Shown piece after piece: positions 40,629-49,423 of a DNA stretch of 64,000 bases. The stretch covers positions 39,198 to 103,197 of the forward strand of contig CAZHOS010000001.1 in NCBI GenBank assembly GCA_964534605.1, written 5' to 3'. Origin of the DNA: an uncultured Candidatus Saccharibacteria bacterium. Lineage in GTDB: Bacteria; Patescibacteriota; Saccharimonadia; Saccharimonadales; VXPC01. Position 1 is the stretch's first letter, and each line of letters starts with the position of its first letter. The position numbers were made by a program, and so were the translations under genes. The notes beneath the pieces are model-generated. The model ran no database searches, was not told the DNA's origin, and worked only from the letters and a program-made list of their open reading frames with translations.

Positions 40629-40808
40629 AACTCCCTGGCCCAGAGTCAGCACCTGCCAAAGAGTCAAACTCTTTGTACCGTGCTGACTCCGTCTTGGCAC
40701 ATCTTGGATATTTTTACTGTGGGGATTAAGGGAGGAGTAGCATGTCTACACCAACCCTTAATTGTCCTCGTAAAAATTCCAAGCTGCACTCAAGCCAGGC
40801 AGTTTTAG
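40625..40808. repeat. Y-shaped structured element family R2, copy B
   Basis: Closing stem ctaaaactccctggc/gccaggcagttttag, arm gagtcagcac..caaagagt-caa-actctttg..gtgctgactc and a long second arm. Confidence 0.75.
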
Positions 40809-40812
40809 CGCC

Positions 40813-41161
40813 TCAGTACCGTCGATTGAATAGAGGAGATGTATGCCCTGAAGTTTGCTTCAGGCTCAAAGCCAAGCACACTACAGGCAACGACTCGATA
40901 AAGCTGGTTGGATATTTTTATCTTTATGGCACGTAGGACGCTTGGTGGTGAGTCGTACCACCTTCACTCTTCCGGTCAAGCCAGAGGCTTGACTCTTACG
41001 GAGTGCCATATGCACACCTTCCTTGCAGAACCGCCGGATAAAATTCAATTCTAACGCCTTGTCTGAAGTGTTTAGATAACCGACAGAATCTTCCACACTA
41101 GCACTCTTTGGCTGTTGCTCGAGCTGGTACTTAGAGGGTAGTTTTGGTCTTTGCTACCCCT
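40813..41161. ncRNA. Candidate large structured ncRNA/ssDNA domain, family unidentified
   Basis: Nested stems agtacc/ggtact, agccaa/ttggct, tatggcac/gtgccata and hairpins cctgaag/cttcagg, ggtggt/accacc, gtcaagcc/ggcttgac, gggtag/ctaccc. Confidence 0.45.
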
Positions 41162-41182
41162 GATACGTCTTCATAAAAGTAA

Positions 41183-41206
41183 AGACCGCCGATTTCTCGG
41201 CGGTCT
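41183..41206 (-). terminator. Terminator of 2-TM cassette gene B
   Basis: AGACCGCCGA-GAAA-TCGGCGGTCT then TTACTTTT. Confidence 0.8.
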
Positions 41207-41229
41207 CATCACATGATCCCATTAGCCTG

Positions 41230-41646
41230 TCAAAGCTTAGTTGCGAAAAGGCCGCTCCTCAGAGAGCATTCGACTCTTCCATCCTCAGAAACAATCTTCT
41301 GCTGAGACATTATGGCTCTTTGCCAATGCCCCTTACCTGGCAGTGTGTACTCGGTCATTGCGTATTCATAGGCCAGACCGCAGTATTTCTCTTCTAGCCG
41401 TTTAAAGCTAGAGTAGAACAACCATATAGCCATGGAAAAGAGCAGTACCAACGTCCCCTTGAGGCTCAGGTCAAAGCTTGCCAGACCTAACTCAAAGGCA
41501 AATAGGACCTTTGATGAGGGCAAGAATAGGACGCTAGAGGCTAAGCAGGTAGCCCCAAAAATACCCAGGACAGTGAGATAGTTTGCCTTCTGCCGGTAGT
41601 CCCTGAGGCAGATCAATTCTGGTGTGATGTTCTTCGTGTTTTCCAT
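41230..41646 (-). CDS. Hypothetical 2-TM protein (cassette gene B)
   Basis: AAGGAGGT SD before MENTKNITP, extended -10 TGaTATAAT, two hydrophobic segments. Confidence 0.8.
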   Translation of the reverse strand: MENTKNITPELICLRDYRQKANYLTVLGIFGATCLASSVLFLPSSKVLFAFELGLASFDLSLKGTLVLLFSMAIWLFYSSFKRLEEKYCGLAYEYAMTEYTLPGKGHWQRAIMSQQKIVSEDGRVECSLRSGLFATKL

Positions 41647-41753
41647 GGTGACCTCCTTGGGGTCTCGACAATAAGAAACGAACGAATAATATATTATATC
41701 ATTTTTCTGCAATAAAGATATACTTTCAGCTATTTTTAGTGTATAAAATAGGC

Positions 41754-42494
41754 ATGAGAGAGATAAAAGCACTCTATCGGAATACGCGCCTAGATAACTA
41801 TTTGGACACTAAAAACGCCATACGCTTAGGGCAACGATTCTTAGAGCTAACTAGACACGAGCCAGACATAATCTGTCTATAAGAAGTCGTAAGAGCAGAT
41901 GGAGAGATAGACCCCATTACAAAGATATCTGGCGACCTAGGCTACGATACATGCTACCAACTACAAACAGAAATGAGACAACGACCAGATGCACACCTAG
42001 GAATGCTAATGTTATCTAGGATCCCCTTTATAGATATGAATGTCTATAAGCTAGCTCATGCTGATGCTGATGAGGTAGGTGTATCTACGTACTTACAGGA
42101 AATGCACCTCGCAATAGATGGAGATAAGCTGACGGTTTCAAACAACCACTGGTGTCATATGTGGCCAGGGACAAAAGCTACCAGAACTGAGAACAAAACA
42201 AACTTTCGTAGACACCTTCTCAAAGGGCACACACCAGTTAGCTATGTTTTAGGAGGTGATCTAAATACGTGGCAAGGAGAACAGATAATTAGAAACCTGG
42301 GCAAAGTATACGACATGATAACAGGCAGCTTCATAAATCCAACCTACCGCTATAACGGAAAGCTACTGGCACCATTTCTGAATGTTGACTATGTTGGAGT
42401 GCCAAAAGCTGCGGACATAAGCATCACTGATTTTGTGCAGCTAGACAGAACCCCGTCAGACCACTGCCCTCTTCTAGCAACCATCGGCCTCTAA
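41754..42494 (+). pseudogene. Endonuclease/exonuclease/phosphatase-family gene with an internal stop
   Basis: In-frame PDIICL*EV (TAA at 41880-41882 where Gln is expected), then GGDLN, VDYV, SDHCPL. Confidence 0.8.
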
Positions 42495-42553
42495 GCGATT
42501 GGGCCTAGTTCGACTTAATGCACTCTTTACAGCAGTTTAAAAATATATGAATA

Positions 42554-45500
42554 TCAATTCAGCTTGATAGATTCTTTACCCAGCAGCTCTGCCAAAGAGG
42601 CAATAAGATCTTGTTTGGGCTCAACCTTTTGTGGCAGGCGTAGGATTTGTTTGTCGGTATTGCCGCCCAGCACTAGGACTACCTCTGTGCCCCCGTGCGC
42701 TTCGTCTAGGATATTCTTGATACTAGCGAGTTTGGTAGAGTCGCTGGTATCCTGCATACGTATGTAGAGCCTCTCTGGCTTGGGCTCTTGGGGCTTTGGT
42801 TGCGGCTGAGCTGCAGGGGCTTTGCTATAGCGTGATCTACCGCCAGCCTTGCCCGGCTGTATGGTCTGCCTAGCACCGGACGGGGCAAAACTAGCTAGAT
42901 CGTCGTCCTCGATTATCTTGACCTTATTAACAATAATCTTTGGCTCGTCCATAAGCGTACCTAGCTGATCGCGGGCATTTACTTTGCCTTCTACTAGGAC
43001 CACCTTGTCCTGCTCCCAACAGTCGCTAGATTGCTTCATTGCACTTGGAAAGACTACGAGCTCGATGTCCTTGTCGACATCCTCGATACGCACAAATGCC
43101 ATAGGATCACCCTTTTTCGTTATAATTTGGCGCACTTCTTGTACAACTCCGCCAATAATTACGCTGGACTCGTCGTGGGCTGGCTCTATCGATTTAATAG
43201 GCACGGCCTTCTCTTCTAGGTAGTCCTTGTAGTCGCCTAGTGGATGGTCGGATAAGTAAAGCCCTAGTAGCTCTCTCTCCCATAGTAGCCTCTCTTTCTT
43301 ACTGGGCTCCTCCCCTTTTGTTAACGTTACCTGTAGCTTAACGGCGCTATCCTCTGTAGCGTTACCAAAGAGGTCTGTCTGCCCGCTGGCAGCTTCTTTA
43401 GCGATCTTTTGACCAACATGCAGAATATCGTCTAGCGAGTTAAGCAGTGTACCGCGGGTATCAAAAGCGTCAAAAGCTCCGGCGCGGATCAGACTCTCCC
43501 ATGCCTTGCGGTTAACGACACGGGCATTTACTCTCTCGACGAAGTCGTTGATGTCTTTAAACTCACCACCCTCGTCGCGGGCACGGATAATCTCGGCAAC
43601 AGGACCATGACCAACATTCTTGACGGCATCCATGCCGAACCTAATCTGCTCTTTCTTTTTGACAACGGCAAATTCGTGGAAAGACTCGTTAACATCTGGC
43701 GGCAACACCTTGATGTCACGCTGGTTGCACTCGGCAATCTCGATGGCTAGGCGATCGGTATTGCCTTGGTCACTGGTCATCAGGGCCGCCATAAAGGCAG
43801 CTGGGTAATGCGCTTTTAGATAGGCGGTTTGGTAGGCAATAAGTCCGTAGCAAACGGAGTGAGACTTGTTGAATGCGTAGTCGGCAAATCCCAGTAGATC
43901 TTGCCAGAACTTTTCCATGATTTCTTTGGGCACACCGGAATGCTCGACACCGCCCTCTATAAAGCGCTTTTCCATCTTTAACATCACTTCGCGAATCTTT
44001 TTACCAATAGCTTTACGTAGGGTGTCAGCCTCGCCACCGCTAAAGCCGCATACCTCTGTGCTAATAAGCATCACTTGCTCTTGGTAAACCAGTGTACCGT
44101 AGGTAGAGCTAAGGGCGCTTTCGAAGGCTGGATGCGGTACCTCTACTTTTGCTTTGCCGTTTTTGCGGTCAATAAATAGATCTACAAGACCAGCCGTTAG
44201 CGGACCTGGGCGATACAGAGCAGTCATGGCAGCTATGTCATCGAACTCAGTCGGTTTGAGCTTGCGTAGGTATTGCTTCATGCCGCCAGATTCTAGCTGG
44301 AAGATACCAGTTGTATCGCCGCGCTGCAGTAGTTCGTAAGTTTTCTTGTCATCCAAAGGCAAGGTATCGATATCTACCTCTTCGCCATAAACCTTCTTGA
44401 TAATACGCATAGTATTTTTGATAATCGTTAAGTTGGATAGGCCTAGAAAGTCCATCTTTAGCAGGCCTAGTTCCTCCACCGGATTCATCGAATACTGAGT
44501 AGCAACAACGCCCTTTTGAGCCATTTCAAGCGGCGTATACTTAACAATGTCATCAGGTGCTATCACTACACCAGCAGCATGAACACCGTGGCTACGTATG
44601 GTGCCCTCTAAACGCACCGCCATATCAAAGACACGTTTAGAATTAGCGTTGTTCTCGTATTCTTCGCGAAGCTCGTTGTTGTCCTCTAGGCTGACTTTAA
44701 GCGGGATGTGTCGCCCCTGTACAGGCGGTGGTATCATCTTGGCTAAACGATCTGCCTCGGCGTAGGGCACCTCTAGCACGCGTGATACATCGCGTACGGC
44801 ATTGCGGGCAGCCATTTTGCCGAAGGTCACAATGTTGGCTACGCGGTCAGCGCCGTATTTGTCGGTAACATATTGGATGACCTCATCGCGGCGGGTATCC
44901 TGAATATCCACGTCTATATCTGGCATGCTGATACGGTCTGGGTTCAGGAACCTTTCGAAGAGTAGATCGTACTTCATCGGATCTACTTCTGTAATGCGCA
45001 GAGAGTACGACACGATCGATCCGGCAGCCGATCCACGCCCTGGACCATAAACAATGCCCTGCTCTTTACCCCAAACGATAAAGTCCCAGACTATTAGGAA
45101 GTAGCCGTTAAAGCCCATCGAGTCTAGTACGCCTAGCTCGTACTCACACCTCTCTAGCAGATCCTTATCCACCAGCTTTTTGGCAGCGGCTACGTCGAGT
45201 TTCGTAGAGTCTTCTAGTGATATGTCTGTGTAGCGCCAGGCGAGACCTTGGTAAACTAACTCGTGCAAATAGGACTTTTCGTTGTAGCCTTTAGGGACCG
45301 GGAACTTCGGGATGAGTATCTTGCCCAGCTCTATGTCTACGTTGCATTTATCGGCGATTGCTCTGGTATTGGTGATTACCTCTGGTCTATCTTTCCAGCG
45401 CTCTATAACATCAAGAGGGTCAGATACATACAAATGCCAGCCCTTAAGGCTCATGCGCTTTTCTTCGCTAAGGAATGATCCTGTCTGTACACACAGCAAG

Positions 45501-46183
45501 ATCTCGTGAGCTTCTTCGTCCTCTTCGTTTAAGTAGTGCGCATCGGCTGTGACTACCATTGGGATATCGAGTTTATCGGCGATTTTTATGAGCTTATCGT
45601 TAAGGGCTTTCTGCCTGGGTTGGACATGACCGTGGTCTTGCAGTTCTATGTAGTAACGATCGCCAAACACTTTCTTGTACCAAGCAGCGACTTCCTCCGC
45701 CTTCTTGTCTTGCTCTTGCATTAACCATTCGCTAACCTCGCCACCCATACAGGCAGACAGAGCAATAATCCCCTCGTTGTACTTCTCGAGCAGGTCATGG
45801 TCTACCCTAGGTTTGTGGTAAAAACCGTCTAGGATAGCTGTAGTGCTAAGACGCATAAGGTTTTGGTAGCCTTTATTGTTCATGGCTAGCAGGATCAGGT
45901 GGAAGCGTCCGCGGTCTTTCTGAGGGTCCTTGTCTGTATGCTTGCGGCTAGCGACATATGTTTCCATGCCAATAATCGGCTTGATACCCTTATCTTTGGC
46001 GTCCTTATAGAACTCTATAGCGCCGCTGAGCGTACCGTGGTCGGTAATAGCCATGGCATCCATGCCTAGTGTTTTGGCACGGTCAACCATTTCTGGAATC
46101 TTTTGCAGGCCATCCAGCAAACTATAGTGCGTGTGGTTGTGCAGGTGCACAAAATCAGAAGCTTTAAGCTTTTTAGCGCCCAT
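42554..46183 (-). CDS. dnaE: DNA polymerase III alpha subunit
   Basis: HLHNHTHYSLLDG PHP domain, GRGSAAGS, MPDIDVD, KMDFLGL, YAFNKSH. Confidence 0.98.
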   Translation of the reverse strand: MGAKKLKASDFVHLHNHTHYSLLDGLQKIPEMVDRAKTLGMDAMAITDHGTLSGAIEFYKDAKDKGIKPIIGMETYVASRKHTDKDPQKDRGRFHLILLAMNNKGYQNLMRLSTTAILDGFYHKPRVDHDLLEKYNEGIIALSACMGGEVSEWLMQEQDKKAEEVAAWYKKVFGDRYYIELQDHGHVQPRQKALNDKLIKIADKLDIPMVVTADAHYLNEEDEEAHEILLCVQTGSFLSEEKRMSLKGWHLYVSDPLDVIERWKDRPEVITNTRAIADKCNVDIELGKILIPKFPVPKGYNEKSYLHELVYQGLAWRYTDISLEDSTKLDVAAAKKLVDKDLLERCEYELGVLDSMGFNGYFLIVWDFIVWGKEQGIVYGPGRGSAAGSIVSYSLRITEVDPMKYDLLFERFLNPDRISMPDIDVDIQDTRRDEVIQYVTDKYGADRVANIVTFGKMAARNAVRDVSRVLEVPYAEADRLAKMIPPPVQGRHIPLKVSLEDNNELREEYENNANSKRVFDMAVRLEGTIRSHGVHAAGVVIAPDDIVKYTPLEMAQKGVVATQYSMNPVEELGLLKMDFLGLSNLTIIKNTMRIIKKVYGEEVDIDTLPLDDKKTYELLQRGDTTGIFQLESGGMKQYLRKLKPTEFDDIAAMTALYRPGPLTAGLVDLFIDRKNGKAKVEVPHPAFESALSSTYGTLVYQEQVMLISTEVCGFSGGEADTLRKAIGKKIREVMLKMEKRFIEGGVEHSGVPKEIMEKFWQDLLGFADYAFNKSHSVCYGLIAYQTAYLKAHYPAAFMAALMTSDQGNTDRLAIEIAECNQRDIKVLPPDVNESFHEFAVVKKKEQIRFGMDAVKNVGHGPVAEIIRARDEGGEFKDINDFVERVNARVVNRKAWESLIRAGAFDAFDTRGTLLNSLDDILHVGQKIAKEAASGQTDLFGNATEDSAVKLQVTLTKGEEPSKKERLLWERELLGLYLSDHPLGDYKDYLEEKAVPIKSIEPAHDESSVIIGGVVQEVRQIITKKGDPMAFVRIEDVDKDIELVVFPSAMKQSSDCWEQDKVVLVEGKVNARDQLGTLMDEPKIIVNKVKIIEDDDLASFAPSGARQTIQPGKAGGRSRYSKAPAAQPQPKPQEPKPERLYIRMQDTSDSTKLASIKNILDEAHGGTEVVLVLGGNTDKQILRLPQKVEPKQDLIASLAELLGKESIKLN

Positions 46184-46248
46184 TAATACGTTTTTTCCCT
46201 CAAATTACTATGCTTAATTATACGCTAGAAAGTAATGCTTCTGGTTGT

Positions 46249-46275
46249 AAAAACTACCCACCAGGGTGGTTTTTC
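46249..46275. terminator. Hairpin/terminator upstream of dnaE
   Basis: AAAAACTACCC-acca-GGGTGGTTTTT. Confidence 0.6.
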
Positions 46276-46314
46276 TGTATACCTCAAACTCAAACAAAAC
46301 TTATTATCTTCAGT

Positions 46315-46684
46315 GGGGCTAGGATTAGTCTGTTTTCTGAGGACTAGTCTGGTAGATAGCTTTTAGCTATCTCAGACCGAACAACCACAGTGTTGGCTCC
46401 CTGACTTTAGGCTCAGAGTAGAAATAGCTAGGCAAGATGAGTGCTTGTCTGGCTTGTGTCTGAGTCCATGACATCAGACCAAGACAGCAAGTACTCACTG
46501 TTATCAGCTTATTTCTGGTCTGAGATCAAAGAGAGGGTGTTAATGCTGTGGTACTAGGAGTCCCTCAGGCTGCTGATTGTAGGCGAGAGTTTTTGCTAGT
46601 CTGTCTTTTGGTTACCGCTGGGGTGTTTTTGAGATACTTTTTGGGAAAAAGTATTGGAGGAGGTTTATAAAGGCGAAGCCTTTG
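46315..46684. repeat. Dispersed structured repeat family R1, copy 3 (inverted, 176-nt internal hairpin insertion, distal end diverged)
   Basis: Reverse complement matches copies 1 and 2 up to gggactcc and resumes at tcggtctgag. Confidence 0.88.
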
Positions 46685-46710
46685 TTTCATGAAAATTACT
46701 TAAAGAAACA

Positions 46711-47004
46711 CTACCTGTTGGCGTCTATGGTGTTTTGGATTGTCTCTACTATACCCCCAAATATAGGCAGCTCACCAAATAATGATAATACCCATAGAAC
46801 TGCACCTAGAACGAAAGTTGCTCCTAGGGCAGATCCTAAACCAAAGAAGATTCCGCGCACAAAATTAACGCGGTATATGCGGTGGTGCGAGCTGTAGCCG
46901 CTCTCTATAATGGTCGTTATAGCTTTGGCGGCGTCTTCTTGCTGTTTTTTACGGATTTGGCGCGTGCTTTTTTTGTCTTCTTGCTTCCAGAAAGTCAGGC
47001 CCAT
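46711..47004 (-). CDS. DUF5665-like small membrane protein
   Basis: NFVRGIFFGLGSALGAT...LPIFG pattern; start MGLTFW. Confidence 0.75.
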   Translation of the reverse strand: MGLTFWKQEDKKSTRQIRKKQQEDAAKAITTIIESGYSSHHRIYRVNFVRGIFFGLGSALGATFVLGAVLWVLSLFGELPIFGGIVETIQNTIDANR

Positions 47005-47005
47005 A

Positions 47006-47248
47006 CTAACCCTTTTTACCAAATTGCTCTGCCGTTGCCTTGATAATCTTGGCGATGGCAGCGGTAGTAGTAAAGTTCTTGGCAAATTTACCCGCATTGG
47101 CAGCGTTATGGGCAATATGTTCTGCTTGCTCGGCAGCTGCTTTGACGCGCTTTAGTATCTGCCAAATAGTTATAGCAATAATGATGTCGAGTATGAGCAG
47201 CGTCGCCACTATAACTAGTAAGACTGTAACTAAAAGTGAATCATCCAT
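47006..47248 (-). CDS. Small single-TM hypothetical protein
   Basis: N-terminal TM plus amphipathic tail; TATAAT-7 nt-ATG. Confidence 0.75.
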   Translation of the reverse strand: MDDSLLVTVLLVIVATLLILDIIIAITIWQILKRVKAAAEQAEHIAHNAANAGKFAKNFTTTAAIAKIIKATAEQFGKKG

Positions 47249-47274
47249 AAGAGTTATTATATAGCACCTGTCGT

Positions 47275-47817
47275 CTAGTCGCCAGTAAAGGCCTTGATTA
47301 ATTTTCTTTGTTTTCGCTTTTTATAAAAGGGTATTCTGTCGACATTACGCTCAAGTAAAGCGTAGCGAGCCATGAGTTTTTTGCGCGGAATATCTGTCGG
47401 GCTAAAACGCTCTAAGGGTGAGTAGCTGCCGATTGTACCTATGCCTTCTCCGTACACACCTATATCTACTAGAGCGCCGTTAGTTGATTGATATTGGTCA
47501 CTCGTTATATCAACAACTAAAGGTTTGCCGTCTTGCCTAGCATCCTGCACCTCTACCCAAACATGTTCTTCGTCTAAGTTATCTAGGCCTATGATTCCTT
47601 CTGTAAAATACGCATTGAAGCCATGGCTGCTCAACACCCTAGATAAGAAAACACTCGATACACCACACTGGCCCCTAGAAGGAGCGTCGTTAGGCTGCAG
47701 CTCGATGCCTTGGTAGGCAGTTTCACTGTTCCAAGCTAGCTCTAATACCTGTCGCACTGCGTAAGAGAGGGCATATAAGTTAGGTTCTACTCCTGGTAAA
47801 GACTCTTTATACGACAT
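47275..47817 (-). CDS. YunG-like / transglutaminase-fold hypothetical protein
   Basis: PSRGQCGVSS, EEHVW, VDITSDQY suggest a Cys-His-Asp triad. Confidence 0.6.
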   Translation of the reverse strand: MSYKESLPGVEPNLYALSYAVRQVLELAWNSETAYQGIELQPNDAPSRGQCGVSSVFLSRVLSSHGFNAYFTEGIIGLDNLDEEHVWVEVQDARQDGKPLVVDITSDQYQSTNGALVDIGVYGEGIGTIGSYSPLERFSPTDIPRKKLMARYALLERNVDRIPFYKKRKQRKLIKAFTGD

Positions 47818-47968
47818 AATCTAACAATACAATCTTGTCTGCCATTTTGTAAATAGATAGAAAAACAAAAAGAGCCCAAAAGGACTCTTTTCTATCCGAA
47901 ATATCTAACAAAAGTTATCCAAGACGGGTCTACTTTTTGGACTTCTGAGTTCGTTCCTAGCTGTTCTC

Positions 47969-49423
47969 TTATGAGAGTTCTTTTTGGATGAGCTGATTAA
48001 CGACTTTAGGGTTAGCTTTGCCCCGTGAAGCCTTCATGATCTGTCCTACTAAGAAACCGGCGGCTTTGGGGTCTGCCTTGGCATCCTCGACTGCTTTGGG
48101 GTTATCGCTCATAACTTTTTGCACTAGTATAACCAGGTCGGCTTCATCTGACATTTGTAGCAGGTCTGCTTCTTCGGCTAGCTTTAGCGGGTCGGCATTG
48201 TTTTTGATGACTGGCTTTAGAATCTCTTTAGCGTTCGTGGAGCTTAATTGGTTGCCGTCCACCATTGCAGCTAGCTTGGTGAGGCCTGTTTCTGCAGCCT
48301 CTACATCTGTCCAATCTACTTCTTGCTCCCCTACCATGCGTAGTATCTCGCCAGTACACCAGTTGGCAATTGTCTTGGCAGTTGCTGCGTCGTGTTCGTC
48401 TACTATTCTGGCCATCATACGTGCGGCAAGTGGGTTGTCTATCAGAGTCTCTAGCCCAGAGCCTTTCAGGTCTATCTTGGACAATATGGTGCGCAGATGC
48501 GCTGGCGTATGTGGGGCTAACTTGGCGATATCATTAACTTGTTGACGGCTAATGCTAAGCGGCGGAATATCCGGATCGGGCATGTAGCGGTAGTCATGCG
48601 CATCTTCTTTACTGCGCTGCGAAAAGGTCTGGCCCTTGGCGTCATCCCAGCCACGGGTCTCTTGAGCTATTGTGTTGCCGGCCTCCAGCTCTTCTATCTG
48701 CCTAGAAATCTCGAATTCGACGGCGCGCTCGACGTTCTTGAAGCTATTGAGATTCTTGGTCTCTGTGCGCGTACCAAGCTTTGAAGAATCCTTGCTAACG
48801 CTGACATTGACGTCAAAGCGTATATTCCCATGGAAAAGATCACAGTCGCTGACACCGGCATAGAGCATGGCCAGATAAAGCTCGCGGCAGTAGGCTTTGG
48901 CTTCGATAGCGCTGTGCATGTCCGGCATACTAACAATCTCTAGCAGCGGGGTACCAGCGCGGTTGAGGTCTACAAGGCTATAGTCTGCCCCGTCCGGATG
49001 GCTGAGCTTACCTGCGTCTGCTTCTAGGTGTGCCCGTTCGATATTAATTCTAAGCGGTCCATCATCAGTTGGTATGTTTAACCAACCTTCGCCTACTATT
49101 GGTTGGTCGAACTGCGATATCTGATACCCTAGCGGTAAATCTGGGTAAAAGTAGTGCTTACGATCAAATCGAGTGATTTCTGCAATCTCGGCATTAATAG
49201 CCAGGCCAGCCAAGATTGCTTTATGCACAGCCTGCTCGTTTAGGACCGGCAATGTGCCCGGTAAGCCTACGCATAGTGGACCTATGAGAGTATTGGCTGC
49301 AGCATCTTTGGCATCGTTACCGATCGCTGTGAACAGCTTAGAGACGGTATTAAACTGTACGTGGCATTCAATCCCAATGGTGGGCGTGTAGCCGTCGACT
49401 TGGTATTTGGAGAGGCTAGACAC
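47969..49423 (-). CDS. gatB: Asp/Glu-tRNA amidotransferase subunit B
   Basis: IGIECHVQ, RKHYFYPDLP, DLNRAGTPLLEIV, DYRYMPDPD. Confidence 0.98.
   Translation of the reverse strand: MSSLSKYQVDGYTPTIGIECHVQFNTVSKLFTAIGNDAKDAAANTLIGPLCVGLPGTLPVLNEQAVHKAILAGLAINAEIAEITRFDRKHYFYPDLPLGYQISQFDQPIVGEGWLNIPTDDGPLRINIERAHLEADAGKLSHPDGADYSLVDLNRAGTPLLEIVSMPDMHSAIEAKAYCRELYLAMLYAGVSDCDLFHGNIRFDVNVSVSKDSSKLGTRTETKNLNSFKNVERAVEFEISRQIEELEAGNTIAQETRGWDDAKGQTFSQRSKEDAHDYRYMPDPDIPPLSISRQQVNDIAKLAPHTPAHLRTILSKIDLKGSGLETLIDNPLAARMMARIVDEHDAATAKTIANWCTGEILRMVGEQEVDWTDVEAAETGLTKLAAMVDGNQLSSTNAKEILKPVIKNNADPLKLAEEADLLQMSDEADLVILVQKVMSDNPKAVEDAKADPKAAGFLVGQIMKASRGKANPKVVNQLIQKELS

Noticed and set aside
38589-40808. 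Canonical integron attC sites
   Set aside because: Ends lack RYYYAAC/GTTRRRY boxes, the elements are branched and longer than typical attC sites, and no IntI is present; kept only as an analogy.
40742-41096. Short ORFs 40742-40936 (+, preceded by GGAGGAG) and 40881-41096 (-)
   Set aside because: They lie within dense hairpins, the SD-like word is inside the long hairpin arm, and the peptides show no protein-like features.
40625-41161. RNase P RNA, tmRNA, SRP RNA or group I/II intron
   Set aside because: I could not find their hallmark sequences on either strand by eye.
41880-41882. Stop-codon reassignment (TAA=Gln) or genetic code 25
   Set aside because: TAA, TAG and TGA all terminate well-conserved genes normally elsewhere in the window.
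1120-46183. Inteins or introns in rpoC, rpoB, recG or dnaE
   Set aside because: Lengths and motif order are normal; no splice-junction or homing-endonuclease motifs were seen.
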